Positions 1-14,368 of a stretch of 64,000 bases of DNA are shown one piece after another; within the stretch, counting starts at the first letter, position 1; each line of letters starts with the position of its first letter. This DNA is from Sphagnum compactum (Eukaryota), in contig OZ234493.1 of the NCBI GenBank assembly GCA_965153455.1, positions 20,202,213 to 20,266,212 on the forward strand, in the 5' to 3' direction. The translations under genes and the position numbers were made by a program. The notes beneath the pieces were generated by a model. The model saw only the letters and a list, made by a program, of their open reading frames with translations. It was not told where the DNA came from and ran no database searches.

Positions 1-810
1 CCCACAATGAATCTTTTTTATGGTTGTTCATGTCGACAATATTTCCTCTTTGGTGGTGATGGGTGGGTTTAAACTTTCAATATGCATATAATTCAGATAC
101 TGTAGTACCTAGGCAGCTTCAACACATGTTTGTTGAATAATTAATTAATATTGAAATTTTCATTTCAACAAATAGAATATTTTTGACAATTCAATAATTC
201 CCTTCACAATTTTTTTAATTACAAAATTTATGAAAATAATATAATTAATGTCAAAGCTGCCAAGAAAGAATGATATTTCCTCTTCTAGGATGATGCATGG
301 GTGGGTTTCAAATTTCAACCCATATATTTTGGATAGTTTTGATTCTGTGATGATGGATGGGTGGGTCATTGAGGAAGCAGAAAATATGAAAGAAACTATA
401 CTCCGACAAACCATTTGCAATAAAGCTAACAATCAAGAGGTGGGTTGATAACTACTTTTTGTGAGAGCAACCAATTCCATCAAATGTGCTCACCCCAAGA
501 AACAGGAAGCTTTATTCTAAAACTTTTTTCCTTATCTTCACACGAAAGCAAGGCAACCTGCCAACCACAGAGGTCTCCTCTCATTTTTTTCCCATGTATT
601 TTCGGTGTGTAAAGTAGAGAGAAGGGAGGCACGTATCAATAGATTGTTGCTTGCTTCTCTCTCATCCTCCAGTAAGTACTAAGGAAACCCCTCCTTGATA
701 AAGAACTAATACTTAAGTAAGTTAAGGTGCATTCACACCTAATGTTAAGTCAATGTGATGCAAAAATCTAGGTGGCAACCGTTGTTAAATGGGTGATTGT
801 TTAATATTAA

Positions 811-1021
811 AGGTGCACTCACACTTGGCGTTAGGGATTCTAGTGTTGAGTCCCCTAACACCAAGCTAGTTATTTAGGACTTACATCTACTTACCATAAG
901 TGAATATTAACTTAACATAAAAATCTTTGTGGTAAATAGGTTTAGGTTCTAAATGATTAGCTTGGTGTTGTTAGGGGACTTAATAATACCTGAGTCCTTA
1001 ACACCAAGTGTGAATGCACCT
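811..1021. mobile_element. MITE with long terminal inverted repeats (Tourist/PIF-Harbinger-like)
   Basis: 5' end AGGTGCACTCACACTTGGCGTTAGGGATTC is the near reverse complement of the 3' end GAGTCCTTAACACCAAGTGTGAATGCACCT. Flanked by TAA/TTA. An inner inverted pair lies at ~848-876 / ~950-980, and a partial copy of the terminus at ~725. Confidence 0.65.
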
Positions 1022-3038
1022 TTATTCCATGTTTCTAACACTCAGCCAGTACCTGAAATGGTGGGATATTCTGAACATTTTATTAACCTTGTTATTCTCT
1101 CAAAAGCTGTAACATTTTCAGCAAGTGAGAAGAGAGATCGAACTACTAAAACCATATATTATTAAAACTCCTTTCACTATTCAACCAAAGAAGTAAACCA
1201 TCCTTATTAGGATTTTGGCATATAAATTTCATTTGTTTTAAATGACAGTTGTTGTTGGGGTCTACAAGTATTCCAAATTCCAATCATTTTCTGGCAAATT
1301 ATATGGCTCGCAAAATGACATTCAACAACCCATTGCTTGTACTTAACATGTTAATTGATTTAGTTTTGGGCTGGATTACGAAACAAATTATTGGATTCTG
1401 GTAATCTTTCTGTTTTGTATGTGGTTTGGGAGTAGAAAAATTCTGCAGGATCTAGAATCTAGAGCTTTGTGCTAACACTTTATTCCAAGGGCACATTTGC
1501 AAAGAAACTCTGTACTTTGTTGAGAGTAAGTCCAAGGGCAGCAATAAAATGGCCCACCGCACTTTGCCCGAAGTACAGACCTCGATAGCCTGAAAATAAG
1601 TTCCAAGGTCCGGATATTTGGACTTTTAAATTTCGACAGAATATAGTGGTCTTCACTTTTTTAATGCCAATTTAAAAAATAAAAAATCTGTTTTTGATTG
1701 GTCAGCCATAATGATTGGACATGGTGGTGGCATGGTTATATAAAAAAATTAGGGTCTTTTTTTTTCACAAACTAGCAGAATTAGTCGAATTTACCAATGT
1801 TGAGCAGGTACCCAGTTTGGTGCGTTAGAACTGTCATTCAGGTTCCAATTAGTAAGAATCAGAATCAGATTTTTGTTTAATTTCATGAACTGGACCCAGA
1901 ACTGGGAAAAAATTCCCAAATTTTTTCCAACTATTTTGTCCAAAAAATCACAAAATAATGATATGTCCAAAAAGAAACACCGGGAGGTGGGATATAAATA
2001 GTCTACTGTCCAAATTTTCATGTTTTTTTATTGAGGCTTGGAAACTGTTAACACTCTATATTGGATGTGACAATCACTCATAGAGGCCCACATAGCGGGT
2101 GTGGGTGGACCTGCCATGAGAGAGACATTTGCGATGAGAAAATTTTGAAGGCAGTGTAAATGTACAAAAAGGCAGTTCGTGAGGGAGATTTAAAAAGGTG
2201 GTGTAGGTACAAAAGATCAGAGTGTCACCCTTTTAGAAACGGGTGGCTTCGTCTCTCTCCTTTCGCCTGCTGCTGCAGCTGCTCGCCTGAGAGAACAGAA
2301 GAGAGAGAGACGTTTGCCGTGCGCGCTTTCCTTCTTCCTCGCGACACCTGCTTCCCTTTCCTACAGCTTTCGACAGTCTGTTTTTCTAATCCCATTTCTA
2401 ACTATGTGCTCAGAGTGATTTCGCGTTATAGGTGAATTCTATATTACAACCTTCTCGATTTGTTTGTTTGTTTGTTTTGTTTTGTTTTGTTTTTTTTGCC
2501 TTCGTTATTTTTTCTCCGCCTCTGGTGTTTCTTGAGCAGGAGACAGACGGTTGAAGTGCTCGAGGTTTAGACGTTGCATTTAGAGGTTGACAATATTTTG
2601 ATGTAGAGTCGAGGCTTGTGCATTATGTGTGACTTATGTTTATGATAACAACTCTTTTTGTTGAAGGCATAATAAGGAACATGTCTCTAGAGAGGGTTGT
2701 AAACTTTTACAAAACTGTGAATGATATAAGAGATGGAGAAGTAGGAAGAATCAGAGACGAAGTCGAAAACGGGGTGGCATGAATACTCTATTACACATAC
2801 TAGTATTACTGAAATCGAGCATTCGTTTGCGTCTTCTGCTAATGATGTTCTGCACTACTCACCCCGCATCGAGTCTTGGTCGATCGGCGTCATGTAGTAC
2901 TGCGTTGTTACTGAGAAACTGTGCTTGCTGAATGCAGAGGAGTACAGGAACATTGAGAACAATTTGCGAGAAGAATCCGTAGCAGCGGGACCGCTCAGCA
3001 GTGAGGGGGGAGCGTGAGGGAGAATCAAAGGTTTATCA

Positions 3039-6000
3039 ATGGCACCGAAGAGGAAGGCTACTACGCCAGCGGCGAAGGCAGAGGACGGAGAGGTGGCCGT
3101 GCCGAAGAAACGCGGTCGTCCTCCTCGAGCAAAAACTAGCGATCCCGTTCCAGTTGCAGCCCCCAGCTCTCTCGCTCCAGTTGCAGCACCGGGCCCTCCC
3201 CAAGCTGCTGCCTCGCAGAAGAAAAAGCCTGCAAAGAAGAAGGCCGCTCCCAAAGCCGGTAAGAAGGCAGCGTCGTCAAAGAAGAAGGCGGCTCCGGTAA
3301 AACAAATATCGACGGAGGACGAAGAAGAAGACAAGGAGAATGGAGAAGTACCTCCAGCTACTGTCGATGAGGCGGACTCTGGAAACCATACGAAAGCCGC
3401 TCAAATTAAGTCCGTGACCATCGAACACTGGTGAGTGATCAAACGTCTTCCAAGTTCTTCTAAGTACCACAAACTTCACCCCAGCTACAATCTATTCGTT
3501 GTACTGTGGAGTTTTCTTTCGACTGATCCATTCTCTGTGTGCTTTTATTATGGCTTCGGTCCTGGCACCTTAAATTTCATCATGTCTACTTCTTGTCATG
3601 TGAACTTTCCTTGCTCTGGGCCTCTCCCACAGCAAAAGGTACTGGTGCTTCTGGAAGTCGACCAGATGGCAAACCAGGAGCATCATGCAACGCCTGCTTA
3701 TGAAAGACTCTGCTTATGTCTATTGTTTGATATATGACCTGCAATCATTCCATGGCATCATCAAAAAAATTGTTAAGTGTTACTCTCTTACAGATGGTGG
3801 AATTCATTGTCACCTCTGGACATCCCCAATTTTGTAGGTTATCCTGTGAGCCTGTTCTCAGTTGATGTGCCTCTTGTGTTACAAGTTCTGTTAAAAGTTT
3901 TTTCAAGGGAGAGACATATTCTACAATTTGGTGCCAATAGCACTCCCTCTTCCTCACTTCTTTAGATGCCTATGGAAAATGTCATCAGTCTGAAATTGTG
4001 GTCAGTTCTCTGGATGGGAGGATACCAGATCTCTCCAGCAGTCTGTGCCCGGAGCTATGCCAAGCCTTTGGAGGAACATCATCTTTGTGCACTGTCACTG
4101 GATTCAGTTTTTCCAAGTCTCTTCCATTTGAAGATGTTATGTAACGGGATGGCTGCAATAGAAGACCATCACTCGTTATGCTATTAGTCTGTGGAAGAGT
4201 CTTGACTCGGCCTTACCATGTGAAGTCTGACCCATATCATGAAACTCGGTGCTACTTTATTGGGTACCCTGCAGTGTACCCTGTCGTCTGCAAGCAACAA
4301 CAGCAGGGTTCTGACAAGATCCCCCAAAAGCGGTGATGTCTTCGTGGTATTGACTTTGATTGAAGTTCCTATCCTCCAAGCGTTATGGACTGAGATGATT
4401 CTTCTACTTCATCAGAAATAGCAAATGAGTCTTGCTTCCTTACTGAATTTCCAGAACCCTTTATCTGAAAACACAGAATCTTTGCACTTGCAGAACAGTT
4501 GTTGGATACCAAGCTTAGTGTGATGCAGAGTTCATGTCAATCAGTTTGTACTATGCAGACAACAGCCTTGGTTTCACACCTGATGTGACCTTTCTGGATA
4601 CTCAATCTATGCCTGGGAAAGGATGCCAGTTACATGCAGAAACATCTCGCTAGAAAACCTAATGCCTTGTAGTTCTTGTGAATTGCAGCAAATCTGATGC
4701 ATTGTTCAAGAAGAGTGCCCAGAAGCTGGAAGAAGCTTTAAAAGCAGCTGGTGTAAATCTGGAGGTTATCACGAATCCAGAGAAGGTTGGTCATTGAACT
4801 GCTTCTTATGAGTTGTATGCCAAAATCCTAAAGGTACTGTCAGATGAGTTGTCTCACATGCACATTGAAGCCATAGTACAGTTTATGAAGAGTTCAGGTT
4901 TTAGATGCATGGCCTATGTCATGATCAGGTGTAGTTGTCAAGTGCAAATATGCATGGTTGGATGTGAGGAAGCTTCTGCTTGAGTTTCATTTTTGCCAAG
5001 ACATTCTTGCCACAACATGAGTCCAGTTTATGACATGGGAGTTCAGAAGTGGATTGGAAAGAAATTACCTTCCTTCATCTGGAGTAGATTCACAAGATTG
5101 GGTGCATTTTTGAGATGCTTGATCATTGCATGCAGCCAAGAAAGGGTAGCTTTGAGGTCCAAGATGACAAGGGCAACAAATATGTGTCACTCCAGGTAAA
5201 GCATTCCCTAATTTTTTCCTGTTTTGAAGTACGTTTTGTAGCTTCATTCGTCTCTGGTATACTGACTTGTTAGTTCCAGGCCTTGAACTGGATACAAAGT
5301 GAAACTATGAAGCTTTTCATCTGGCTACATAATACTGTTCAAGTTCCTACATACAAAGAGTTTAGTCATTGATTTGCAAGAAAGATTGATGTAGACAGGC
5401 ATCACTGGTACAGTTCATCCCATAAGAAATACGCTCCATTTAGACACTTGTCAAACTTTGAGTTCAACTGTCTATTGGGAAAGAAGGAGAAATACTAGGC
5501 ATGCGCAGAACTTATTGGCAGTGGTCTGGTTTTCAGCTTACCCACACAAGATTGTTGCAGCTTGAATGAGGATACTATCAACTTTTTTATCAGCTATGTC
5601 TCTTGAGTGCTAACTCACATGATGACCAAGTGTTCCTGTGGCTTCCAGAAATGTGACAGAAACTCCAGACACAGAATTCTGTTTAATTGTTTTGTTGAAA
5701 ATTTTGAGCACATTATGTACTTATCTAACCCATGGTCAGGAGCTGATGAATCAGTGGGGAGTAATAGTAATGAGTCATCCCCATTCATGAGTGAAGGTGA
5801 TAGTCTGGTGCTTTGTGAATGGACACTCACAAGATTACAGGTTGCACTCATTATGTTTGTTTTGGTTGGCCAGAACTGAAATAATGGTTACCTTCAAAGT
5901 GTTAGTTGTGGAGTTTTCTATGGAATCTCATAGATAGGAGTTCAAGCTTATTAGCAAGGTGCATACAGTAGTCACAAGCAGATCCTATGCACCTCTTGTG

Positions 6001-6265
6001 ACATCTTTGAGTTTGTTTGTGTGAAACAATGCAGTCAATTCCAATGTCCAAACAAGAGCATGATAGGAGTGTATGCGCACTAATGATGTTACACATGACT
6101 AGCTTCTTGTTGAGTAAGATTTATAAAAGTGCTAATCTGCTTCTGTCACTGTTCTGTTTCTGTGAGCAGAATCTATCAAAACCTTACACAAAGCTCAAAT
6201 CTGTGGATCTGGAGGCTGTAGCTGCTGCCATTGCTTCAAAAACTGGGGTTATTCAGGTTTCTTAG
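3039..6265 (+). CDS. Selenoprotein H-like (SelW/SelT/SelH Rdx family) protein with basic N-terminal AT-hook; 214 aa, 4 coding exons
   Basis: Exons 3039-3430, 4689-4785, 5136-5195, 6170-6265, all GT-AG and phase-consistent. Spliced product: ...KKRGRPPRAK...VTIEHCKSDALFKKSAQKLEEALKAAGVNLEVITNPEKPRKGSFEVQDDKGNKYVSLQNLSKPYTKLKSVDLEAVAAAIASK...*. This matches the SelH signature IEHCxx[C/U]...NPEKPRxGxFE. Probable 5'UTR intron at 2432-2937. Confidence 0.9.
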
Positions 6266-9200
6266 AAGCACTATGTGTGTGTTCTGTGTGATTCTCTGTG
6301 GATAAAATGCCTGTTTAAGACTCTGTGCGGTATGTCAATCCAGAAATGAAGTTCTAACTTGTACAATTTTCACAAGTTTGTGATTTTGAAATCAGAGTTT
6401 GCATGGTTAGCTTCATATGAAACTTTGCTTAGATATCAAACTTTCGCCACTTGCTTCTCTTCTGCTTGGACACTGAATTTTTCACTGCCAGAGTTTGTAA
6501 GTTTGCAGAATCCAATTTTTTGCCCCCTTTCTTTAGACTTAAAAAGATCAATTGCATGATGATCTAACCATCCCAACGACCATTTGTTTTGGAGATTTTT
6601 CTTGGGTGCGAGGTATTTACTGCAGAATACCAGTTTTTTGTATTGTTATTGATTGTTGGGACCCACTTTGATGTCAAAAGGTTATAGCTTTTTTGTGTTT
6701 GGGATGCTTACCTACATGTTGCACATTGGAATCTCATCTTGGTGCATATATTTGTGTGACTTTGGATTAGTTTTGATTGTGTTGGGTGCCAATTTAGGAC
6801 TGCATGACATAGGGACAAATGCTTCCTGTAAGATGCATCTTTTCTAGCAAATACTTGAAGTCACTGTTTTAGAGGAATTATATTTTGTAGAATTTTACCC
6901 AACCTATTATTTGTGAGCACAAAAGGATTCGGGTGAAGTATAGAGGTGACTTTCTTCATTTTTAAACTACAAATCCTAGAGGGATATATCTATTGAAATT
7001 GCTCATGATATTAACTAGGTTCACAACCTAGCATCACATATGACCAAGAGAGGCAAGTGGTTTTTTACAAATTTTTGTGCCCCAACACTCAAATGATAGT
7101 GAATGATTTTTTAAATACCTTGGGTTTTGCAGAACCATTGATGATTAATTGACATAAGGTCAAATTAACAATACATTTAAAATCTATTTAAGTAAATTAT
7201 TTCAAAAGACAATTAGTTGTCATACATTGATGATCCAAGAGTATATAGATTTTTCATGAAATTATTTTCATTCCCATTAATTTTACAACATGAAATTTAA
7301 TTTCACCTATTAAAATATTAACATTTACGGCACCTATGATGTCTTTTTATGTCTTCTGTTGCTTTCAAAAGAAAAATTGGGGCTTTTCAATGTTCTTCCT
7401 ACCATGATTCTGAACAAGCCTATTCAATAAAATATAGAATTTAAAATATTTTTGACCCTAGTGCCTACAACATCTCATATATATATTTCTTGGTGCCCTT
7501 GGTGCCTCATATTGTCCAAAAAGAAAATTTTCATGTCTAACCTATTGCCCTTGGTGTTTCTAGCCGACCTTTTTGACACCCTTGTTACAGTGTTTGTTGT
7601 CATTTTTTTGTTCTTTGTTTGATTTTTCATTTTTTTATCACTCCTCGTCTTTCATCATCATTGTTATTGTTTGAGTGTGTTTTTGTTATTGATGAAGCTT
7701 AAGTAATCCTTAAACCAACATGTCCTATCAAGTTGAAGTTTTATTAAAAATGTATGGATTTGGAATGTTTCCTAAATTGATAGGCCCATCTTTGGATGTT
7801 CTTTTGGAACTTTGGCCTAACAACAATCATAGTGATTTTAAAAAAATGTTACATGATTTTAAAAAGAAACCAAAGTTGAAAGGAGAAATATATTTTATTG
7901 ATTTGAAAGAGAAAATAATTAAAAGGAAAAAAATCTTCATTCATTCCGAGGACATGGTGATTAAAAGAGAGAAAATAAAATGTCCACCCCCAAGTTATGT
8001 GTGGATGTGATATTAAAAGATTGTTAAATACCATTTCCCACAAAATATTAATGAATTTTTTATATTTAAAATGAGTTTAATGAGTCTAACTAATTTCATA
8101 AACATAACATTGATAAAAAAAAAAATAATAATAATTTTCAACTTTGATGGATATTTCATTTTGAATATGTTCCTAATTTTGATAAAAGGGTCCACTAAAA
8201 TATTTTTAAAAAATTTAAGTTGAAGTTTAATCTTTTTTTATATGTTTGTTTTAATCAATAGAACATGATTAATGTAAATTTATTATACAATTCATTGACA
8301 ATTTGTAATCATGATGTGTAGGTCCAAAAAAATTATTATAATATAATATTCATGTTTCAAAACATAAGTGTGACACATGTGATAGTAATCAAAGAGACAT
8401 GTGATTTATGGTTACCATGCAATTGATTTAACCAAAATATTAAATTTTTGAGTAATGTAAAATTTGAAATCAAAAGGCAAACTTAAAACATGTTTCAACT
8501 ACATAAAAACAATTTTGAAAAAAAACATTTATTATTAATTTGCATGGTTCTTAAAGTTTTGCCCATCTCAATTTGCACCCAATTTGCAAGCATCGATGTA
8601 TTGTTCACAAACTCGATCATTTCTTTTTCATTTTTCATTTTTTTGTATGTTCTTTTCTTTCATTTTTCCTTTTTGTAAAGCTTTTATGACAACAAGTCAT
8701 TTATCTTCCCATGCATTTAATTCAAATAATGACACACATTAAAAGAAACGTGCAACCCATATATACAACATATTCATGAAATATGGAGAGCACACATCAA
8801 TTCATAGATTCATAATATTTTCAAAGTTTTTAAAATACATTTGATTAATGTAGTACAAAGGAAGTTCAACACATGTTTATAGAATAATTAATGAATTTTA
8901 AATTTTAATTCATATAAAAAAATTAATATTATAAAAAACTATGTATTTTTCTTCACAACATTGGTTCTTTGAAAAAGTAATTTTGAGAATTAAAATTTTG
9001 TTATAAATAACATAATTAGTGTCAAAGATGCCAAAGTACTATGTTAATAAATAAAATGTAAATATAAAAATGACATCCATTGACAATAAATTAACAATAT
9101 ACAAGAGAAAATTTTCTTTCTTGTAGTAAGTCATATTTGCACAAGGGACAAGAATAACAAAATGAATAATATTTTGTATTATGGTGTTTCTAATTGTATT

Positions 9201-10304
9201 TTAGGAATTGTTTTAGAAATGTGACAATAATTCTTTTCTTTAAAGTTTTTGGTCAAAAACACCACATCAAGTTTGAAACATGTTTTGGTTTTTTTCTTGG
9301 GAAATCATTTTCTAACATACCTTTGATGGTTTATACATTTTTATGTTTTAATGTAATTAATGAGTTGGTATAATTTAATTATGGATTTTCAAAGTTCACG
9401 AAAGTGATTCTAAAAAATGTAATTGCAACTTGGTTTTTTTTCTTCTGAAAACTTTTTTATTCCAATGAACATATTTAGACCATATACTTTGGCATGAAAT
9501 GAATAAACATTAGAAAAAAAATTACACATGTAAAAACATTTAAAGGAAAGGGGTAGTAAATATTATTTGGCCAATTTCATTATTCAAGGAATTTTTTGAG
9601 GAAGTTCCTAGTGGTACCATCCAAGGATGTGTTTGCTTTTTTATTTTTTTCAAAACTAATTACATGTAAGGCACTGTAGATTCATTGATGTTTATAGAAT
9701 ATACAAAACCTTCCTTACAAAAATTAGCCTTAGTTGTGTTTAAGGTTGATTTTATAGTTTTTTTACTAATGAAATTGTGTGTTGATGAACCTCCAAATTC
9801 TATAAAACCTTTGTTAACATGTTTTTCTATTCCCATTAAGGTTGTTCAACTTTTGATTTTTCTAGCGACATGTTTTTAAAATAGCAAACAAGTACATTTA
9901 AACTAACAAAACTAGAACTATTTACAATTCCTAAAGTAACATGTACTTAATTTGTAGATAGTTTCAAGAAAGATATTGCTAAAATACAAAAAAAATTCAT
10001 GTTTTCAATGAAAGATAAGCACAAAGTCTAATTAATATCTCCTACTTGATGCAAATTTCCTTTCTTAAATTTTGAACAAGTACAAATTACTCAATGCTAA
10101 TAAGTACTCCAACTTGTAGTGAAAATACAAAATTGTATTAAGAAATCAAAATTTGTACATTAGAGATTTCAGAAAGTAAGTATGGAAAGTAGAGATTTGA
10201 TGTCTCTCATCTTCTACCATCCCTCCTTTATACTCTAAGTTTGAACTTTGAAATGTCTTGTGCAAATCACGTAAATAGTAACTAGCGGATAAAACTCCTT
10301 GTTA

Positions 10305-10640
10305 TAATCAACTAATAGAAACTATCTAATAAAATTGTAAGAAGTAATCATAATTTTCAAAATTTGCTACCTCTTTTGTTAACTACCTATTTTGCCAAGT
10401 ACATGTTTTGTAGATTATTTGTTTAATCAACTAATGGAAACTATATAGTAAAATTGTAATAAATAATCATAATTTTCAAATTTTGCTACGTCTTTTATTA
10501 ACTACCTATTTTGCCAAGTACATGTTTTGTAGACTATTTGTGTTGCCAACTACCTATTCTGTCAACTACAGGTTCTGCAAACTACCTATTCTGCCAACTA
10601 CTTGTTCTATCAACTACAGGTTATGCAAACTATTTGTTCA
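10305..10640. repeat. ~119-bp tandem duplication followed by short CAACTACCTATTCTG-type repeats
   Basis: TAATCAACTAAT...AACTACCTATTTTGCCAAGTACATGTTTTGTAGA begins at 10305 and again at 10424; degenerate CAACTAC units continue to ~10640. Confidence 0.8.
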
Positions 10641-13600
10641 ACAAGTGTCACCGGTTTAATTACTACTGATTATACTATCACTACTGGTTCAATTACTATC
10701 GGTTAAAATATTGGTTCAGTTACTTCCAGTTAAAGTATCGATTTGCAAAGAGTTATAGTTAACAACTTCAAATAACTTGATTTTACTTGCATGATGTCAT
10801 TTCTCATTACCTTTGTCACCACTTATATGGATTGATAAAATATTGGAAACAACATCCACAAGCAAGTTCAACAATACATGATGTTTTTCAAAGACTCCTA
10901 CATTTGAAGCAATTGTGTAATTTCTAGAAATGGTCCTTCAACCAAAAAAAATTGGAATTTTATTGAAAAACTGTTTGTAACCCTTGTTAATGCAACATTC
11001 ATAAGAAAACTTTGTGATTGGTTGCATGGCATCTCCTTTCCCACTCTCTACAAGATTCAATAAACTAATTTCTTTGAAACATGTCCCATTACTACCTTGT
11101 TCACATTTTTCTCACCTTTTGACATTATCATGCCATTAAGTTGACTTGCCCATTTTTGAAAATGTGGAATGCTATGAATCAAGAAAAATGTGTTACAAAA
11201 TATTGCATCACATTCAAAATGATGAAATACCTTTAATCTAAATTATTTCATTTCATTTCATTTGTTGAACTTAATATCTAGTATGTCTATAGTTAGGTTC
11301 AACATACCATCCCTACCAATTGTTTGATCATTCAACAAAGTGTGGATGTCAATCACATCATCTCCTATATTAATGGAATAGTTATGGAACTCATGATAAA
11401 CATGTTATGCGCAATATGATAGCAACTCATTACAAGGAATATCAACAATTTTTGGTAAGTAATAAAGAGGACATTCAAACTTTACCTTCAAGAACCTTTT
11501 CATAAAAGAATATTTGTCATTTTATTGTGAACAATTCCACATGTCGCCTTGTTTACTTTGGCCAAAACGTGTGTTGCACCTCTCACATATTGTCCAATAG
11601 TATCCACCACCCCACAAGTGCCATTGAAACGACAAAATGTGCATTTGGAAGAATTTTTGTGCACCTAACTCAACTTTCAACATCAATGTATGATGACATG
11701 ATGTGACATGTAACAAAACAAGAAAAAACATAATTAAAAAAAACTTGGTATTCATAAAATAATTAGTTTGCCTTATGTAACACATTTGAGCACCTAATCT
11801 TCTTTTTGTTTTGTGGTTGCTTCCACCTTCTCTTGTTCTTTTCAAGCCTCCTTTTTTGCTCTAACTTCCTTGTCAAATACTTTTTAAAATGTCTTTGATA
11901 AATTATCAAGTCCATTGGCCTTTGGGGATAGGTGTGTTTTCCAATTTAAAAAGTTAAATGATGGATTGATACTTTTCTCTACCCCACGTGGTACATAATA
12001 CGTCACCCACTTTAGGCCATTGTTTTTTCTGTTTTGACCAATTCATGGATGATATGGACCTTGCATTGAAAATACCCAAAGCAAATCCTCTTCACATGCT
12101 TTCCAATTCTTCATCAACCATGTTGGCATTGCCTTATCACATTAAGCTTTCAAATATGGCATTCCAAATCAATTTGAATTTCTTGAGCTTCTAAAAATCA
12201 TGTTTTGGAAATTTAAGTTTCACCTTTTTTAGTCCATCTTTGTCAAAGCCTCCGTGCAAAGAAGACAAATTTTAAAGAAGACTACAATCTTGTTTATGAA
12301 GTTTTGGAGGTGAAGGTCTTACAATCAAATCAATGGGAGAAGTTGTACTTGTTTGAGAGCACATAACACAAACAATAATTACAAATTCTATTTTATGAAA
12401 GTTTCAATGATGCAAGCAACAACAACATATTTGTTAGTCCCTTGTAAACCAAGTGACTTTGGCACCCCCAATATGCCATCACATTTCTTTTAATATGATT
12501 CAAAATGTGAAATGTCATTTTTGGGTTTCACATGGAAGTGCTTATGGTAGTCACAACATCCACATAGAAGTGGATCATTTGATGAAGGTTTTTTTAAGAC
12601 CATAATCATCACCCATGACCTTATGTTTGCAGTTGCCCCATTCCAGTTATGTGGGCTGATTCAACACAACCTAAAAATGCATTAGATGACAAAAGAACAT
12701 TGTAAAGAAAGGAAAATACAGAAAAGAACAATAAAAAACAACAAAACACAAAAAAAGATGAATTGTATTATGTATTAAATGACATAAAAACCCATAAGAC
12801 AATGGGGCATAAAGGGGGAAAAAACAACACACGAACAAAACAAGGAAGTAGACAAACCATAATATGCATGATTCATGAAATGACAAAAAATCCTAAAGTC
12901 AAAAGGATATGAAAAAAAGAAAAAGAAAAAAAGAAAGGTAGTTGCAAACTACCATGGATCATTTTTTGCATTACATTGGAGCTTTTTACAAAGTGTCATC
13001 TATTCAAATGCCATAAACATGTAGTCAAATCATCATTATGTCAATTTTAGATTAAGATTGTCAACTTGAATAAGAACACATACATAACAATTAAATAATA
13101 CATACACATATACACCAAACACATAATAATGAAATTTGAAGAAAGACTATATGGATAGTTATGAGCATTTACATTCACACATGAGTGCATTTTTCATCAT
13201 CATTGTTTCAAGATATTTCATAGGGACTCAATACTAATATATATATTTTTAAATGAATTCAAAAATTTTGTTATAAAAATTTTAATCAACAAATAGTCAT
13301 GAACTTTTAAATGATTAAATTTGGACTTTATTTTTCAAAAGTTCATATTAAGTCAATTTTTATTAGATTGATGTTTTTTTCTTGTAACATGTAGGTAAAA
13401 AAGACATGTTTAGGTGGGAATCCTTTTACATTTATTCAATTATCTCACTTGCCATCTCATAATCCCCCATTTATCCATTGATACCTTGTCAAATTGCAAA
13501 TTTAACACTACAAAATGAACTTATATGGAATGTTGTAGTCATTGAAAATGAGTCATTTTAATTTTCATTTACCCAAAAGCTGAGAATGAAATGCATATTA

Positions 13601-14046
13601 GAAGTTCCCACAAACCATTGCTTGGCTTATACCCAAGTTGATGTCGCAACACACTTTTGCTTGTGTTTCTTGCCACAAACCCAAAGCAAACAAAACATAA
13701 GATAAAAACAACCAACAAAAAAATAGGGAACAGATGAAATTATGACACATGTATGAGATGACAAAAACACCAAAAAGACAAAAGGGAATTTTTAAAATGT
13801 TAAAAAATGAAACATGTGCTAAATGGCCCCATACGTTGTTGCTTTTGCTTGTTGCCCCAAGCTAGTGGCCTCACATGCTCTTACTTGTGCTTCTTTGCCC
13901 AAGCTTGTTCCCTAGAAACAAGCCCCAAACAAACACAAACTTTGTCAAAATAAATGTTACATAACCAAAGTCAACAAAGAAAAAATTTCAAAGATAATGA
14001 TGCGTGTTAATGAACAATTATCACACATTATAACAAAGAAGAATAT

Positions 14047-14368
14047 CATAGTACCTTTACCATTTTGGCATAAATTAAAATATTTTCTGATTTTGTTTTT
14101 AAAAAATAAAAATTATTTATGTGGAAATTTTAATAAAATAAAAATTTTGACTGTCAAATTTGAATCATAGACCTTCCAAGACCAAGACTTACAACTGATT
14201 CAGTCTAGACACCCTAGACTGTGCCATGACTCTAACAATAGCTTGTTTATTATTTTTTAATCATTACTGCAAAAAAATTGCAAAATTAAAAAACCAAGTG
14301 CCAAAGTTAATATTTTAATTTTAATTAATTATTCGGTAACAAACTACTGAAATGGTAAAGGTATTATG
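14047..14368. mobile_element. MITE with hAT-like CATAGTA termini
   Basis: CATAGTACCTTTACCATTT at 14047 versus AAATGGTAAAGGTATTATG ending at 14368 (19-bp TIR, 1 mismatch). No TSD recognisable. Confidence 0.6.

Noticed and set aside
6341..6388. SECIS-like pattern (ATGA...AACTTGT/ACAAGTT stem...TGAT) in the SelH-like 3' UTR
   Set aside because: Helix II is only 7 bp and asymmetric, the CDS has no in-frame UGA, and land plants lack Sec machinery. Probably chance; SECISearch would settle it.
10850..11900. Possible decayed Ulp1-like protease or transposon ORF on the minus strand
   Set aside because: Too fragmented to identify catalytic motifs with confidence.
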